Positions 50,364-63,279 of a stretch of DNA of 64,000 nt are shown here, one piece after another. Where the stretch lies: assembly GCA_964188305.1 (NCBI GenBank), contig OZ076887.1. One strand, given 5' to 3'. Position numbers and translations under genes: made by a program. The notes beneath the pieces were generated by a model, which ran no database searches, was not told the origin of the DNA, and worked only from the letters and a program-made list of their open reading frames with translations. Origin of the DNA: Podarcis bocagei. Lineage: Eukaryota. Each line of letters starts with the position of its first letter. The first letter of the stretch is position 1.

Positions 50364-52927
50364 TAAGCATGTCTAGGATTGCAGCCTAAAGAAAGTAAAG
50401 ATTTTCAGAACACATAATTTGATTTTTAATTAGCATCACATCTTGGACTTGCTGTGTGCACAATGCCACAATTTATTTGTAACACAATGTGACTGCTTTC
50501 ATTGTTATTGTAAACTAATAATCATAATGATGTAACAGACAATTAATTGGCATGTGACTTTAAAAACTGTGCTTTTCTCTAGGAACAGGAGAGGGAGCAA
50601 TTCTTCCTTGCCCTGGCAGCTCTATGAAAGAAGAATATTTGTTTTTCATTTGCTTTCTGTTGATTCCCCTTCCCCCCTGCTCTATTTTATTATAATCCTC
50701 ATACTTATTGGGGGAGAAGGAGGGGGCTGAAGAGTAGGGGGAGAGAGGGACCACCCACTCGGCCCAGAATGATTTTTTTCTTCTGCTTTGCCAACCTCCC
50801 AAAGGATATGGCTAAATATCAGATCCTTTTGTTCTACACTGTATATTTTTACTTTTAACAATGCTCTTAAAAAATACCCAACCCTGCTCTCCATCATTTC
50901 ACAAAGAGTCAGTGGCAATGTGTAGTCAACTGTAGTGAATGTGTACATTCCACAGACCTCATTTTGTGAGAGACTCCGTCCCACTGTTCTTCCCACTCAG
51001 AGCTGAGGAGAAACCACGCACATCTGAATAACAGGGTCCTTTCTGCCAGTTGTAATCCCAGATTGTTACAGTCTAGAGGCCAGCCATGCTGTCACCGTCA
51101 CAAATTGATTTAACCATCAATTGCAGTGGTCATTAAAGCTGCTAGAAGTCCCAGCCAAGCTGATGAATTGCAGCTGAATGTGAAATGAGCCTCTAAGTCC
51201 GTTTCCCACCATCTCATATCAAAGCCTATTGTGTCCCTCCAAAGTAAGAGGTCGGAGGTTCAGCCTGGAGTTCAACAATGGGCTCAGTCAAAAGATAGAG
51301 CCCCATTTGCTCTGGCATTCCCAATTACAGTTCTCTCCCCACCCCCCACCAAATCTTATTGTGCAGTATTTGCATCCAACTAATACACTGAATTATTGAC
51401 ATACTCTGATGTCAATGGGACTATTGAAAGTTTTATCCCCCCCAAATATATGGAATTCTAAGCATCCGGTGAGGCGGGGGGAGGGGACTACTAAGTGGCA
51501 GCACAGAAACCATGCAATGCATCTCTGCCCCTGACAATGCTAGATAGATTGATAGCAGTGGATTAGTTGCCAGGGCTCAGTCCATAGGTTAGTTACTTCC
51601 AGATACATAAAACCCCATTCAGTTGCTTTGCCAGTTCATTCTGTACTGCAAATAATCTTCTCCATAGAAGCCTACGTGATCCATGTTATAGAACTCAACC
51701 AGCACTGCCAGTATGTAGGGTGTCAGCTGTAGATTCTACCCCCAATGTAATTCACTCAGTATTTGGCTTGTAGTTTGTGTATCACCTTGAAATATGTACA
51801 TGTCATGTTTGTTTGCTTGCCTGCCACCTTTTCCTCGCTGGTTTTTAAGGATTAACATAACACCCTTGTAAACTTGGGTTACTTCTGAATCCCCCAGTAT
51901 GGAAAAGGTGACAACCATGCAGGGTTGCCAAACTAGCACTGTGTACACACCATACATTTAAAGCACATTATTCCCCCCACAAAAGAATCCTGGGAACTAT
52001 AGTTAACCTTAACAAACTACAGTTCCCAGGATTCTCATTTGCTTTCAATGTACGCAGCCAAAGTTCAATCCCTGGCATTTCCAGGTAGGGCTCACAAAGA
52101 CCCCTGTTTGGAACGCCACTGCCAGCTGGTGTAGGCAAAACTCAGCTAAAGGGATATATGATGTAAGAGATATAAGACAGCATTCTCTGTTTCTATTTGA
52201 CTAAGTGATGCCCATTACATAGACAAATGGGTTTCTCATGAGGCCAAATTGTTCAGAAAATTAGTGCCCTGGATCCACTGTGGTATGAAATTATTAAACA
52301 TTCATAAATTTGGAACATACCAGGGGAGAGACCATCTGATTTAACCTTCAAACATGAAACACGACCATCCACCAGGGCTACCAACTTCAGATTTTGTAAA
52401 AGGCTTCTCCCTCTAGGGGTGGGGGAGAAATTTGATTCAGTTCACTTTTAAAGGCAAATTGATCAGATATGCATTTCCTGAAACTATATGAGAACCAAAG
52501 CCAACTTTCAGACGTTGCACTTATCTGAATGCTGTATGCAGTTCTCTGATGAAATGTTTTCAAAAATTTGTACATGAGGGAAAATAACATACAAATGCAT
52601 GAAACTGCACAGAGAAATGTGTTCATTAGGAGAAAATGAACTAAAACGCTGAAGAATTTTCATGAGCTTTTTTTAAAAAAAATTCAAATTGCTGCAGAAT
52701 TGTGGAGAATTGAATATTGGAGAAATGAGAAACTGAATGAGCCAAAATGGAGAGAGCCTTCCATCCCTACCCCCTATATTGACCCAGTAGTGGATCCAGA
52801 GTAAGGAAGACTAGGGATTGATCCTTATAGAATCAGGCAGACCCTGAGGAACCAAGGGATTTAGCAGGTCATGGGTGAGATTTTGCAGAATCTGGAGTTT
52901 GTTGGCTATTCACACTCTAGTACTGTA

Positions 52928-53169
52928 CAGTGGTACTTCAGGTTACATTTGCTTCAGGTTACATATGCTTCAGGTTACAGACTCCGGTAACCCAGAAATA
53001 GTGATTCAGGTTAAGAACTTTGCTTCAGGATAAGAACAGAAATCGTGCTCCGGCGGCACGGCGGCAGCAAGAGGCCCCATTAGCTAAAGTGGCGCTTCAA
53101 GTTAAGAACAGTTTCAGGTTAAGAACGGACCTCCGGAACGAATTAAGTACTTAACCTGAGGTACCACTG
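52928..53169. mobile_element. Tc1/mariner MITE
   Basis: TA|CAGTGGTACTTCAGGTTA ... TAACCTGAGGTACCACTG|TA. Confidence 0.92.
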
Positions 53170-53398
53170 TACTGCTCTAGGACACAGTGTTACTGGTTGG
53201 GTCTGCAATGTACTGATTTGTCCACAGTGCATACATCTTAGTAGACTAGGTGATGTTCTGCAGAAAATGCCTTAGGAATTTAGGAATCTTCTTTATTCCG
53301 AGTCAGGCCATTGGTCCATCTAGCTCAGTATTGTTCACACTGACTGGCAACAGCTCTCCAGGGTTTTAGACTGGGCCTGCTTGAAGTTGGAACATTTT

Positions 53399-53873
53399 TT
53401 TTTTAAAAAAATATTTATTACTTTTCCAACAATTTAAACACTACAAAAAAAGAACAATACAATACAAAAACACTACATAACACTAACACATTAAACTAAC
53501 AAAACAAAACAAAAACCGTTTAAAACACATCAAACAATTTCAATATCTTATCTTTCAGTCACTTATTTCAACGACCTCCTCACACCTCCCTTTTTGTATT
53601 CCACTTCTGTTAATTGTTTCAGCAATTCCTTTCCATCTTCCTCTGTTTTCTATCCTATAATTATCTTGACACATTCTAACCTTATTTTTTCCTTTAATAC
53701 TCTATTAATCTATTTATACTTACTTCCTTATAACATTTCTACTAAAGCCATATAACTTCATTCCAACATTTTTCTAACATTCATTAATTTTACAGTATTT
53801 CTGTAAATAGTCTTTAAACTTTTTCCAGTCTTCTTCCACCGACTCTTCTCCCTGGTCTCGGATTCTGCCAGTC
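53399..53873 (-). mobile_element. 5'-truncated L1-clade LINE inserted into a SINE
   Basis: Poly(T) on the + strand. 16-bp TSD GAAGTTGGAACATTTT (53383-53398, 53874-53889). Minus-strand ORF2 tail ...EEDWKKFKDYLQKYCK. Confidence 0.85.
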
Positions 53874-55559
53874 GAAGTTGGAACATTTTAATGTGCTTCC
53901 AAGAGTAATGTAGGCTTGACTCTGTAGGCTTGATGCTTGGGAAAGGCTTTGTGTTCCTGGGCAGCATAACACAGGGCATTTTGTTGTGTGAGGTGGTAAC
54001 ACCATAAAGGTAAGAAATGCAGGGGAACTGTTAACAGAAGAATGTATTCTGAGGAAGTGGAGGTTGTATATCCACAAAAATAAAATAAAAGCATGCTGAG
54101 GAGGCAAAGCAAACAAAAGGAGTAAAAAAAAAAAAAAAGGAGAGGAGAGTGGGAGGGTTCAGGGAGTGGGTCAGAGGTCCAAGCCATTCAGATATTTTTA
54201 TAATGAAACAGAAGACAGTTCCAGGTCTGTGTTTCTCTGTACTATATTTGTTATAGACTGAATGTCTCTGACAAATCTGTATGGGAATGCTGTTAGAAAG
54301 AGGGTCTAACTGTAACAGTTGGCTTACGCGTTTCAGTGACCCCAAAGGAGGTCACTGGAGTCTTGTTTGTGAAAGGTCTATTGTTCTAGAGACAAAAAAT
54401 GGGGCCAAGGATTAACCCTCAAATTATTTAAGTATTGTGCATTAGTTGAACTTCTGCTTGACTTTGACCTGTGACGTTGATTCATTGCTACTGTAAATTT
54501 AAAGAGCCCTTTAGGTTTGGGGTATACATTTCCCCAGAGAGCACATGAAACTTCCATCAAGAGCGTTATTCTAACACATATTCAAAGATAATCCACTGAC
54601 TGAATGATTTGGATTTAATTAAAAAGATAACTCTCATTTGTTAAGACCATTTGATGACTTTGCACTCACTGGCTTGTAAAATAAATGATCCTTGCACAAC
54701 CCAAATTACCTGATGTAGCAAAACCCAGGTGAGTTTACAAAAATACCAGTGTCCTATTTACATGTTCTGTTTTCCTTTAAGCTTACCATACAAAACAACC
54801 ACCAGCCTGCTTCAGTTCACACATCAAGAATGAAAGGAACTTTCTCGGTCCACACTACCCTCAGAAAGAAGGTAGGGAAACTTCCAGATTCCCTCTCACC
54901 TGAATTTATCCCCATAATTTGGAGTTCGAAATTACCTCACTGACTGGCAGTGTTACCCCTTTGACCGGTTGTAAGTAGGAAGGCAGGCAGGTAGGGCCTG
55001 GCTGAGGGCAGATTGAGGTGGGTGGGGCAGCATCCCATTCACCTTAACAGGCCAGCCTCCACTGCTTCTTTTCAAAGTGGAAACACTGCATTAGGAAGCA
55101 TCCATTATTACTTTCTTCTTCTGAATTTTATGCAAAACACTACTTATGTGATGTTGGCCACAGTTTTCAGCTCCCTATTTTCAGTTCATTAGTGTCTACC
55201 CCTCTCTAAATTATCAGTGTATTTTGATTAAACAACTGAGAAGGGTGTGTGTGTTTTTAAGGCAGGCTTGATGACTATAGAGATGATTGCATCAAGGTTT
55301 TTTTTGTGTGTGGTGTTTTAGTGCTGCATCCATGAACTTGTATTTACTGAAAAAAGGCAACAAATGAACACAGACTTCCAACTCTACAATTCTATGATTC
55401 TGTACATGTTGTTCAAGTGCTCTATTTTCTGATGTTTTAAGTTTTGTAGGTTGCATGGTTGTTTTTTGTGTGTAAGCTGCATTGAGACATATTGTGAAAA
55501 GTGGGGTATAAATGCCGTAAAGAAATGAATCAATGGATAAACACAGCATATAACCATCA

Positions 55560-56050
55560 TTATGCCTTAGGACCCCAGTACCCGAAGGAATACCTTTTCC
55601 TGTATGTGATTATTTGGCCCTTAAGTTTATCTATGGAGGTCCTCATCAGAGTGCCCCATTCATGGAGAGAGTGGAGAGTAGCAAAATGGGGGTGAGACTT
55701 TTCAGTGGTGGCCCCCTACTTATGGAATGCTCTCCCTAGTGGTTTTTGTGAAATCCTATCAGCACCATGCAAATACCTTTCTTTTCCCTAGGCTTTTAAA
55801 GTAATTTCCTGTAGTTCTATTAGTTTTAATAGGGTCATTCTTTTTTAGGTTTAGAGGTAACCTGTCTTGTGTTGACAGCTTTATTATGGTTTATTGGAGC
55901 TTTTATTTTTGTTTTTAGATCTTTGCATAATAGTGCACGGGAAATGTGCATTTTAAACTGTAGTACTTACTTGTATATTGTAAGTTGCCTAGAGGCTTTG
56001 GTGTAGGAGATGCACAAATCTAATGAATAATAATAATTGTGATGATAAAT
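55560..56050 (+). mobile_element. Degenerate L2 3' end
   Basis: ttttcagtggtggcccctacttatggaatgctctcccta (FSVVAP.LWNALP) plus tail. Confidence 0.7.
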
Positions 56051-56329
56051 AATGAATACTATTGACTAGTAGCCATTGCTCGCTTTATCCTAGTGGCTAC
56101 CTTCACATTCTGTTGTAGGCATTGTGTTTTTCCTGAATATCCCACTATTTATTCAACATTATCGAACGAATATAGTTTTTTGAGACAGAGGAAAAAACTT
56201 TGGTCCTACCTTCTCCACCCCACACCTAAGTTGAAAAAACCTTTATCACATTTCCTCTTCTTAATGTTTTTTGCTAAACAGAAATGTTCTAAACATTATG
56301 ACTTGCAGTAGAGTTGCTCCAGCCCACTG

Positions 56330-56700
56330 ATAATGTCAGATGCCTTTTTCTGAACCTTTTCCAGATCTAGATCATTTTTAAAAATGCAGTGACCAGAACT
56401 GTTTGCAATGTTCCAAGTGCAGTTGTACCATGTAAAGGTTTTACAATACTGGTAGTTTTATTTTCAATCCCTTTCTAATGATCCTTAACGTGTCATTCAC
56501 TTCTGTTGCAGCTGCCGCACACAGGATTTTCATTGAGCTATCACCACCCCAAGATCCCTTTCTTGCCCAGTCACTGCAAGCTCAGAGCCCATCAGTGTAA
56601 ATGTGGATTTAGGATTTATTGAAGTTTTACCCCAATGTCAGTCACTCTGCACTTACTTACACTGAACTGCATCACTTGTTTTAATGACCACTTCCTCACA
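56330..56700 (-). mobile_element. Old CR1 LINE ORF2 fragment
   Basis: gaccagaactgtttgcaatgttccaagtg and caccccaagatccctttc blocks correspond to the LEYCVQFW and ERDLGV regions on the minus strand. Confidence 0.7.
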
Positions 56701-59700
56701 CTGGATATGTGTTTCCAGTGTTCTTTGCCATTCCATATGGATTCAGAGCTGATGCAGAGTAAAGTTCCTCTGGGAGTCCATGGTTATACAGAAATCGAGC
56801 TCTAGCTCCATGGACACACCCTGGTGCTTGTGACAGAGTTATTATCCAGAACTTACTATGGGTCACTTCTAGACGCTTGTTTTGAGGTTGCAGAGGCAAG
56901 AATATGTTGCATGTAATTCATAAAAATCCTGGTTTGGAACATTGCAATGACACAGCAGTTAGTTGACCCCACAACCACAGAAAGAGACATAGGCTGCGGT
57001 CTTAAAGCTCAGCCTTCCCTGACTTGCTACCTTCTAGAAGTTTCCAGTTACAGCTCCCATCAGTATGGCTGTACTGGCTGGGGCTGATGAGTCTAGTACT
57101 GTAGTCTAAAACATTGGGAGGGCACCAGGCTGGGGAACGCTGCTGCACAGTATGCTTCAGTGGAAACAACTGGGATTATTTCCAAATGAACATGCGTAAG
57201 ATTGTATCGCTATGTCCACACCATGCAGTGTGTTACAGCCATCTGTGCTCACTCTTGTCCCTTTGCAGAATGCTCCCAGGGACTCCCATCACTTTTGTGT
57301 ACAGAGAACAAATGTGTGTCCTCTTATAATAACATGGAATATTGTTTGCATTTGTCAGTGAGGCTAATGCGCTTTTTAAAAGTGAGAATAAAAACAAAAT
57401 CAATGTTGATTTTGAAAGAAAACTGGGGTTTTCATATTGTGAGAGAGGAACACAAAAATCGACAAAGCATTTTATTATTTATATGCTTAAAAATCAATTT
57501 CTTGGATTTTGATTTGGGTCACCAAAATGTCTTTGGATAAACAAGGTACTTACTTAAACATTGTACAAGGAAGTATTAATCACACTCTCTCATCTACGTG
57601 TGTTTGTGTGAGAGAGGGTTGATCTGACGCATACTCCTGCCTGCACAAATACATATATGCTTCAAGTTATTTTAATTTCAATCCCATTCCTTCATGTTGA
57701 TGAATATTTTAGTGGATCGCTATAGAGGAGCCTGTAAACACAAACACAGAGCCAGGAAAGAGATGTGAGATGCATTTATATATTTTGCTGCAGTAAACTC
57801 TGCCCCATAAAGCCCAAGTAATCAAATTACAGATAGCAGTATCATAAATGAGAAGCAACACATTTTTATTGATATCTCCTTGACGAGTATGTGGACGAGT
57901 AATTTCCCCTCCCCTCAATACAATATCTGCAAACCACCTGCAATGGCAGCTTCTTCTAAGGGCTGGAAGTCTATCGGTTGCCATGACAACAGGAGCAGGG
58001 GGAGAAGAGAAGTGAAACCAAATGAAAAGCATTGAATGCCTGAGCTCTGCTAGTAACAGGGATCTTGGGGGGGGGGGGGCTTATTTGCATTCTTGTGCAT
58101 AAATCAGCCAGGAATGCTTCCTTCCTGTATAATTTTTGGCTTTTTTTGATCATCGTTTCTTTGGCTGTTTGTGTTGAGGGATGAAGGTTATATTCTTCTC
58201 TGTCTGATTCGCTGTGTAAATTTCATGTGGCAAAGGAACGAAGAAAGGAAGAAAAATGTGATGAACAAAACAATTAGCCACATCGAAAGCTGCAAAGAGA
58301 GATCAAACAAAGCTTCTGTTTGTTTACAGCACCGTGACAAGCAGGTTATGAATATTTCTCTCATTTAAGAGTTCAAAATACATAGTGAATAGGAAGCATC
58401 ATTTAAGCTAAAGGAGACTTTCCCCCTCTCACTAAAGAGTTCAAAACAGGATCTTAAATCAATGAAATAGCTGAGGAGCTGCCGTGGGATTTTGAATAGA
58501 GCACAGGACTGTGTAGTCTAATTAAACATACATATAAAGTCTATTCTGCGCTGTGCCATCTGTAGGGCGAATGCTAAGTTTATTATATTAATTATCTTTA
58601 TAGAAGATGTAGGCAGGTGGCACTCTCATGCTCAATTGGTAGTTTGCTTATTATCTATAAATTCTTTATAGGTAGCAATAAAAATTAAACACAGGCATGG
58701 ATAGGAAGTTAGTAACTGGAGCTGCCTAGACTACTTCTAGTGTCTATGAGAAGCAATCTGGCTTCTGGGCATGGTGGGGGGAATATGTGAAGAAATGGCA
58801 TTTGAGGCAAAAGAACTTGCCTCTGGGGAGCAGGGGAGGGGAAGAGCACTTCTGCACTATCCTCAATTCTTGTCCCATAGTAGCTCTCCAGGAAAACATG
58901 TTGCTGACCATTTGTGTACAGTACAGTATAAATCTAAAGGAGAATGTAAGCTAAGCAGTTAATGATCATAACAACTGGCCATTGTACACATTCACCAGGC
59001 CTCATGAAGAGGGCATTGTGCACATTTTCCAGTCAATGTGCATAATCTCCAAGAGGCCTTGGGTAATGTGCATTTGTCAACTGACTTTTGCACATTCTCT
59101 GGTCGTTATGTATTAAATCACTTCATAGGAAGTGATTCTTATATACATATATACAACAGAATTTTCCCTTATAGTCTTGCTATTTAAGGAAAGAGGTCAT
59201 TACTGCTTTTGTTACAAATCTGGCCCTTTGATCCAAAACATTTAAAGTGACAGTTATCTTATGCAGTTCAATTGAGGGCCAACCTGATTATGACTAATCT
59301 AGGTTTGGTTCATCTGTTTTGTCTTATTTCCAGCTAAATTATTGGTTAAGTGTGTGATATAATGGAATCACCTCTCAAGTCACCACATGATTCATTTCCA
59401 TTTTAAACTATTATTTAAATTGTACAGCTAGATCTTAGAAGGGGAAACATTGTGACTCTTGCTCTACTGAAACTGTTCAAGCAAGGGAATTAATAAGGAA
59501 GGGAAATTCTGCTGAGTAAGCAGCATGTTGAATCTGCTTTGTAGCACCGGTAATTGGTGTCTATAAACAGAGAAGAGAAACAGTAAAACACTACAGGGAC
59601 CAGAAGAAGGCTCCTGGATGTTTAACAGTGGAACAGAAAAGGGAATTTGGGCAGGTAGAGCTTGTCATGCTTGGCTGAGAATAGCAGCACCAGCTGAAAT

Positions 59701-59944
59701 TCACTCTTACTCAACTGATTAAAACCCTTTCCTTCTTTTATATCAGGTTACTCTTTGCAAATATGCTATTCTAAAAGAAGCTGTTAAACACCAAGGGGTT
59801 CCCAAATGCCACTCTGCCGAGCAATTTCAAGATGTAGCACAAAATAACAAATGGCAACTAGTTGTTTCAGTTGGTTTGCGTGCTGTGATGGAGCCCTTGT
59901 AGTTCCAATCCATATTGATGAGGTGTGAAGTTACGGTTGTTGTT

Positions 59945-60770
59945 GTTAAGTGTTGGTTAATATGGTATGCATATCCTGATGCACAGTCAGCACTCAGCTA
60001 ATATATCGTGTCCTCCCTAAAAGAGTTGCGGTGAGACCTGGGTGGGTCTATTGGATAGCCACAACACCTGATTGGTAGGTCCCTCGTTTCTGGGTGTAAT
60101 CTGGCCAATAGGTTCAGTGTAAACGGATTGAGGGACCTATACAAACCCTTGCATGTGTCCTAGAGCTTCCTCTTTTGGCTCGTGCTTCGGAACACCCACC
60201 CACCTCTCCCTAATTTTAGGGTATTTTGCGATTGACCTTGCTATGCCATCGTGTGTCATCTGTCGTTGGGACAGGGGCACAGCAGGAATTTTCCTCACTT
60301 GGCTGATTGGCTGTGGCCATTTGGGTTTTGCCTGCCGCATAGCAAATCGTCACAACTTGTAAGGTTGTGGATAGGCACTGGTTCATGTGATAGCGATGGG
60401 AGAACGGTCTCGCCATCCCTATGTGAAGGATATTCCATTAAAGGAATCCAGGGACTTAACTTGGTTTGGTCAGCCCCCGAAAGGGGGTTGTGCCCATGCC
60501 TGAGTCCAGGAGAGTATCTGGGGAGTGAACAGAGTCTGTTCCCAGGCTTTTCACCTGCCTCAGGTGTTCATGCTTGGCTGACCTTTGATAGAGCTCTGGG
60601 TCAGCGTTACCTGCAAGGGTGTAGGGAGCTAGTCGAACCAAAGCCTATGCAACCACTCACTTTTCTGTAATCAATAAAGTTGTGGCCTAAATTCTGCCAA
60701 AAACCAAAACTAAAATTTGAGTCAAATGTGTCTTTATTTAAGGGGGAGGTCTCTGGATCTGAGCATGCAA
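59945..60770 (+). mobile_element. LTR-like repeat related to 45329-46189 (probable DIRS/Ngaro terminal repeats)
   Basis: CCAAT boxes, TATA-like cctatacaaa at ~60136, cacccacccacc, hairpin-rich body, AATAAAGTTGTGGCC at ~60673. No TSD. Left boundary approximate. Confidence 0.5.
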
Positions 60771-60772
60771 AT

Positions 60773-62008
60773 TGCTATGAAGGTTGTGCACCATCCCTGT
60801 CTTGCCAAATGCAAGGTGGTTCTTTTAAAATGAGATTCAGAGGCAATACAAAACACAAGTGAGTGAGAATATTCAAGATTTTATTCTAAACAGCAAGCAA
60901 TATATACATTACCAAGCAAGCACTTCAATCTGCCACTTGGAAGCCCTCAAGAAGTGGCGAAGTGACTTTCCCAGGTAGCCTTAGGTTTGCGCAGTCCTGT
61001 GACTGATCAGTCCATGCACAAGCTTCTCAGACTCTGCCCAACAGCATCTGATTTATAGATAGCTAACCTGTTAGCCTGCATGGCTTGCTCGACTGGCTAT
61101 GTGCAGATTATTCATTAGCCACCTCTCCCAGTGCCTTACGTTCTCCAAACAATGTCTAACATTAAAGAAGGTGAAGGTACCTAGCGCTATCACTTCCTTC
61201 CACAGATTAGGGCATTAAAGGCTGTTCACAGCCATCAAAGAGCTGAACAAGAAACAAGAGATATCGAGAGGGGGAAGCAAAGAGAGGCAGGAAGGGTAAC
61301 CGTGTCAGATCACTATCTCCTCGAAATACAAATATCTTCCGGGTAGATTGCCCATACAGCCCCCAACCTCTGCCAAGCAGTAGCAAGATTCCCAGAGGTT
61401 CTGTTTGGAATTCAGGCATGTCAGAAACTATAGTGTTTTGAGGTATATCACTTATTTTACACCTATATACACCTGGGTCTAGGTGGAGGAAGAGAATTCA
61501 CAGCACTGCATATCGAGAGGAACTTATTCTGCACAGCATTGCACATTGGAGTCCAAAGCATCCTGTATACCATTCCCATGACCCAGCCCACCAAGATGGT
61601 TCTGTCCTGTATGGTCTTTGTCTACAGTTCTGGCACCTCCTTTCTTCTTCCCAAGAACCTTCGCAAAGCTCCCTCTCCCATTCTCCAAAGCTCTCTGTTT
61701 TAAAAGGGGTACATTTTCCTGTGTAACACCACATCCCCATTATCTTGGCAACCTCCCAAATCTCCTGTCCACTTCTCAGAGCAGGGGTGAGGGTGGGGGC
61801 GATAGCTTTTTGCATTGCCAATTGCCCTTAATGGCCCAGTACATTGTTTCTTAATGCTCTGCACTTAGCTAGCCCGGCTAGGCTGGTTTGCATAATCTAA
61901 ACCAAGAATTTATTGTCCTTCCCTTCATATCCCAAATATTATCTAAATACTACCATTTATTAATTTCTGCCATTAACCAATAGATTATGGTACCCCAGAT
62001 CCATAACA
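60773..62008 (-). mobile_element. Probable ERV solo LTR (~1.24 kb)
   Basis: Termini TGCTATG...CATAACA (6/7 inverted match), flanks AAAT/ATAT, minus-strand AATAAA at ~60880 and TATA-like cctatatac at ~61462. Confidence 0.5.
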
Positions 62009-63200
62009 ATATTTAGTACATGATTGCCTGCTTGGCATTATTGTGATTTGGAGTTTTTAAAAATACATTTTAGCTCAAGAATCCTACAATGAAAATTTCC
62101 TGCAATAATCATGGTAGCCAATGGACAAGGTGCAAGGGATATCCCTCTGGCCCATGTGCCTGTCTTGCTGCCTGGGTGATTGTCAGAAAGAAAGCAGCAG
62201 CCCTTGATATTTTGAAAGGTTGCTTTAAGTGAATTGAGAAACTTGCCTCTGGACATGCAAATACAAAAACAACTGCTGGGCTTTGCCCCCTGATGCTGTC
62301 TCTGGACCTGTTCTTTGCCTAGACCCATAGGGACCCTGCCTGACCCTCCACTCAGCTATTAGAAAGTATTTCTCTCTCCAAGGAAAGCTGTGGTCAACAA
62401 GGTCAGACAAACCAACACCTCAGTTCTGGTTCTGCTGAGTTACAGCAGGTGGAGTTGGGGCGTGATTTCTGATCATCTTGCTGAAGTAGCCAGGAAAGTG
62501 AGAAGACCCACATTCATATGTTATTCATGTCAAAAGGAAGTCGCTGCTGAGAATTATAAGTGCCTGCTGGAATAGCCATAAATTCGTTTCAATTCCTATC
62601 TCGCAGGACAATATGTCAACTGATCTCATAAAATCCCAAGCAATTTGACAAGCTAGATTTAACATCCAACCACCAAATAATTTTCAAAGATTGCTTTTGC
62701 ATCAGGGAGAATCTGGAGTAGAAGTACATTAGGATCCATGAAATGGCTACTTGCCGACACACAAGTGGTTTGTCTAGCACCTGGGCACTCTCTTTGACTT
62801 TCTGTACCTTTGCTTTATCACAAGATTCTCGAGGCTACGTGTGTGTCATGTTTGTTTGTTTGTGCTTCTTGGGCACAATGAAAAACGTGCTTGGCTCTAA
62901 TGAGTCAGATCAGCAATTGCTATAAACTGACAGAGCTCCATTGACTTCTTAACCCTATAGCTACTCAGGAGGGATTACATCAGTCAAACGCAAGATTGCT
63001 GGATATTGTTGAAGCCTATAAGATTACCAGGCACACATATCTACCAGTCTTTTATTGAGCTTGAGCAAATCTGTCAAGTCTAAGCCTGCATCTTTGTTAG
63101 CGGCTTACTTACATGAGGAAAAATGGAACAGGTTGGAAAATGCTTTACAAGCAGGTTTATTTGGGTACTCATTTTGGGGGTGGGTATTGTAGAAAGCCCA

Positions 63201-63279
63201 AGGGACGTGGGTGGTGCTGTGGTCTAAACCACAGAGCCTAGGGCTTGCCGATCGGAAGGTTGGTGGTTCATATCCCCAT
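63201..63279 (+). mobile_element. Sauria SINE 5' part, interrupted by an LTR
   Basis: SINE head matches 50004-50080 and breaks abruptly at 63279. Confidence 0.88.
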
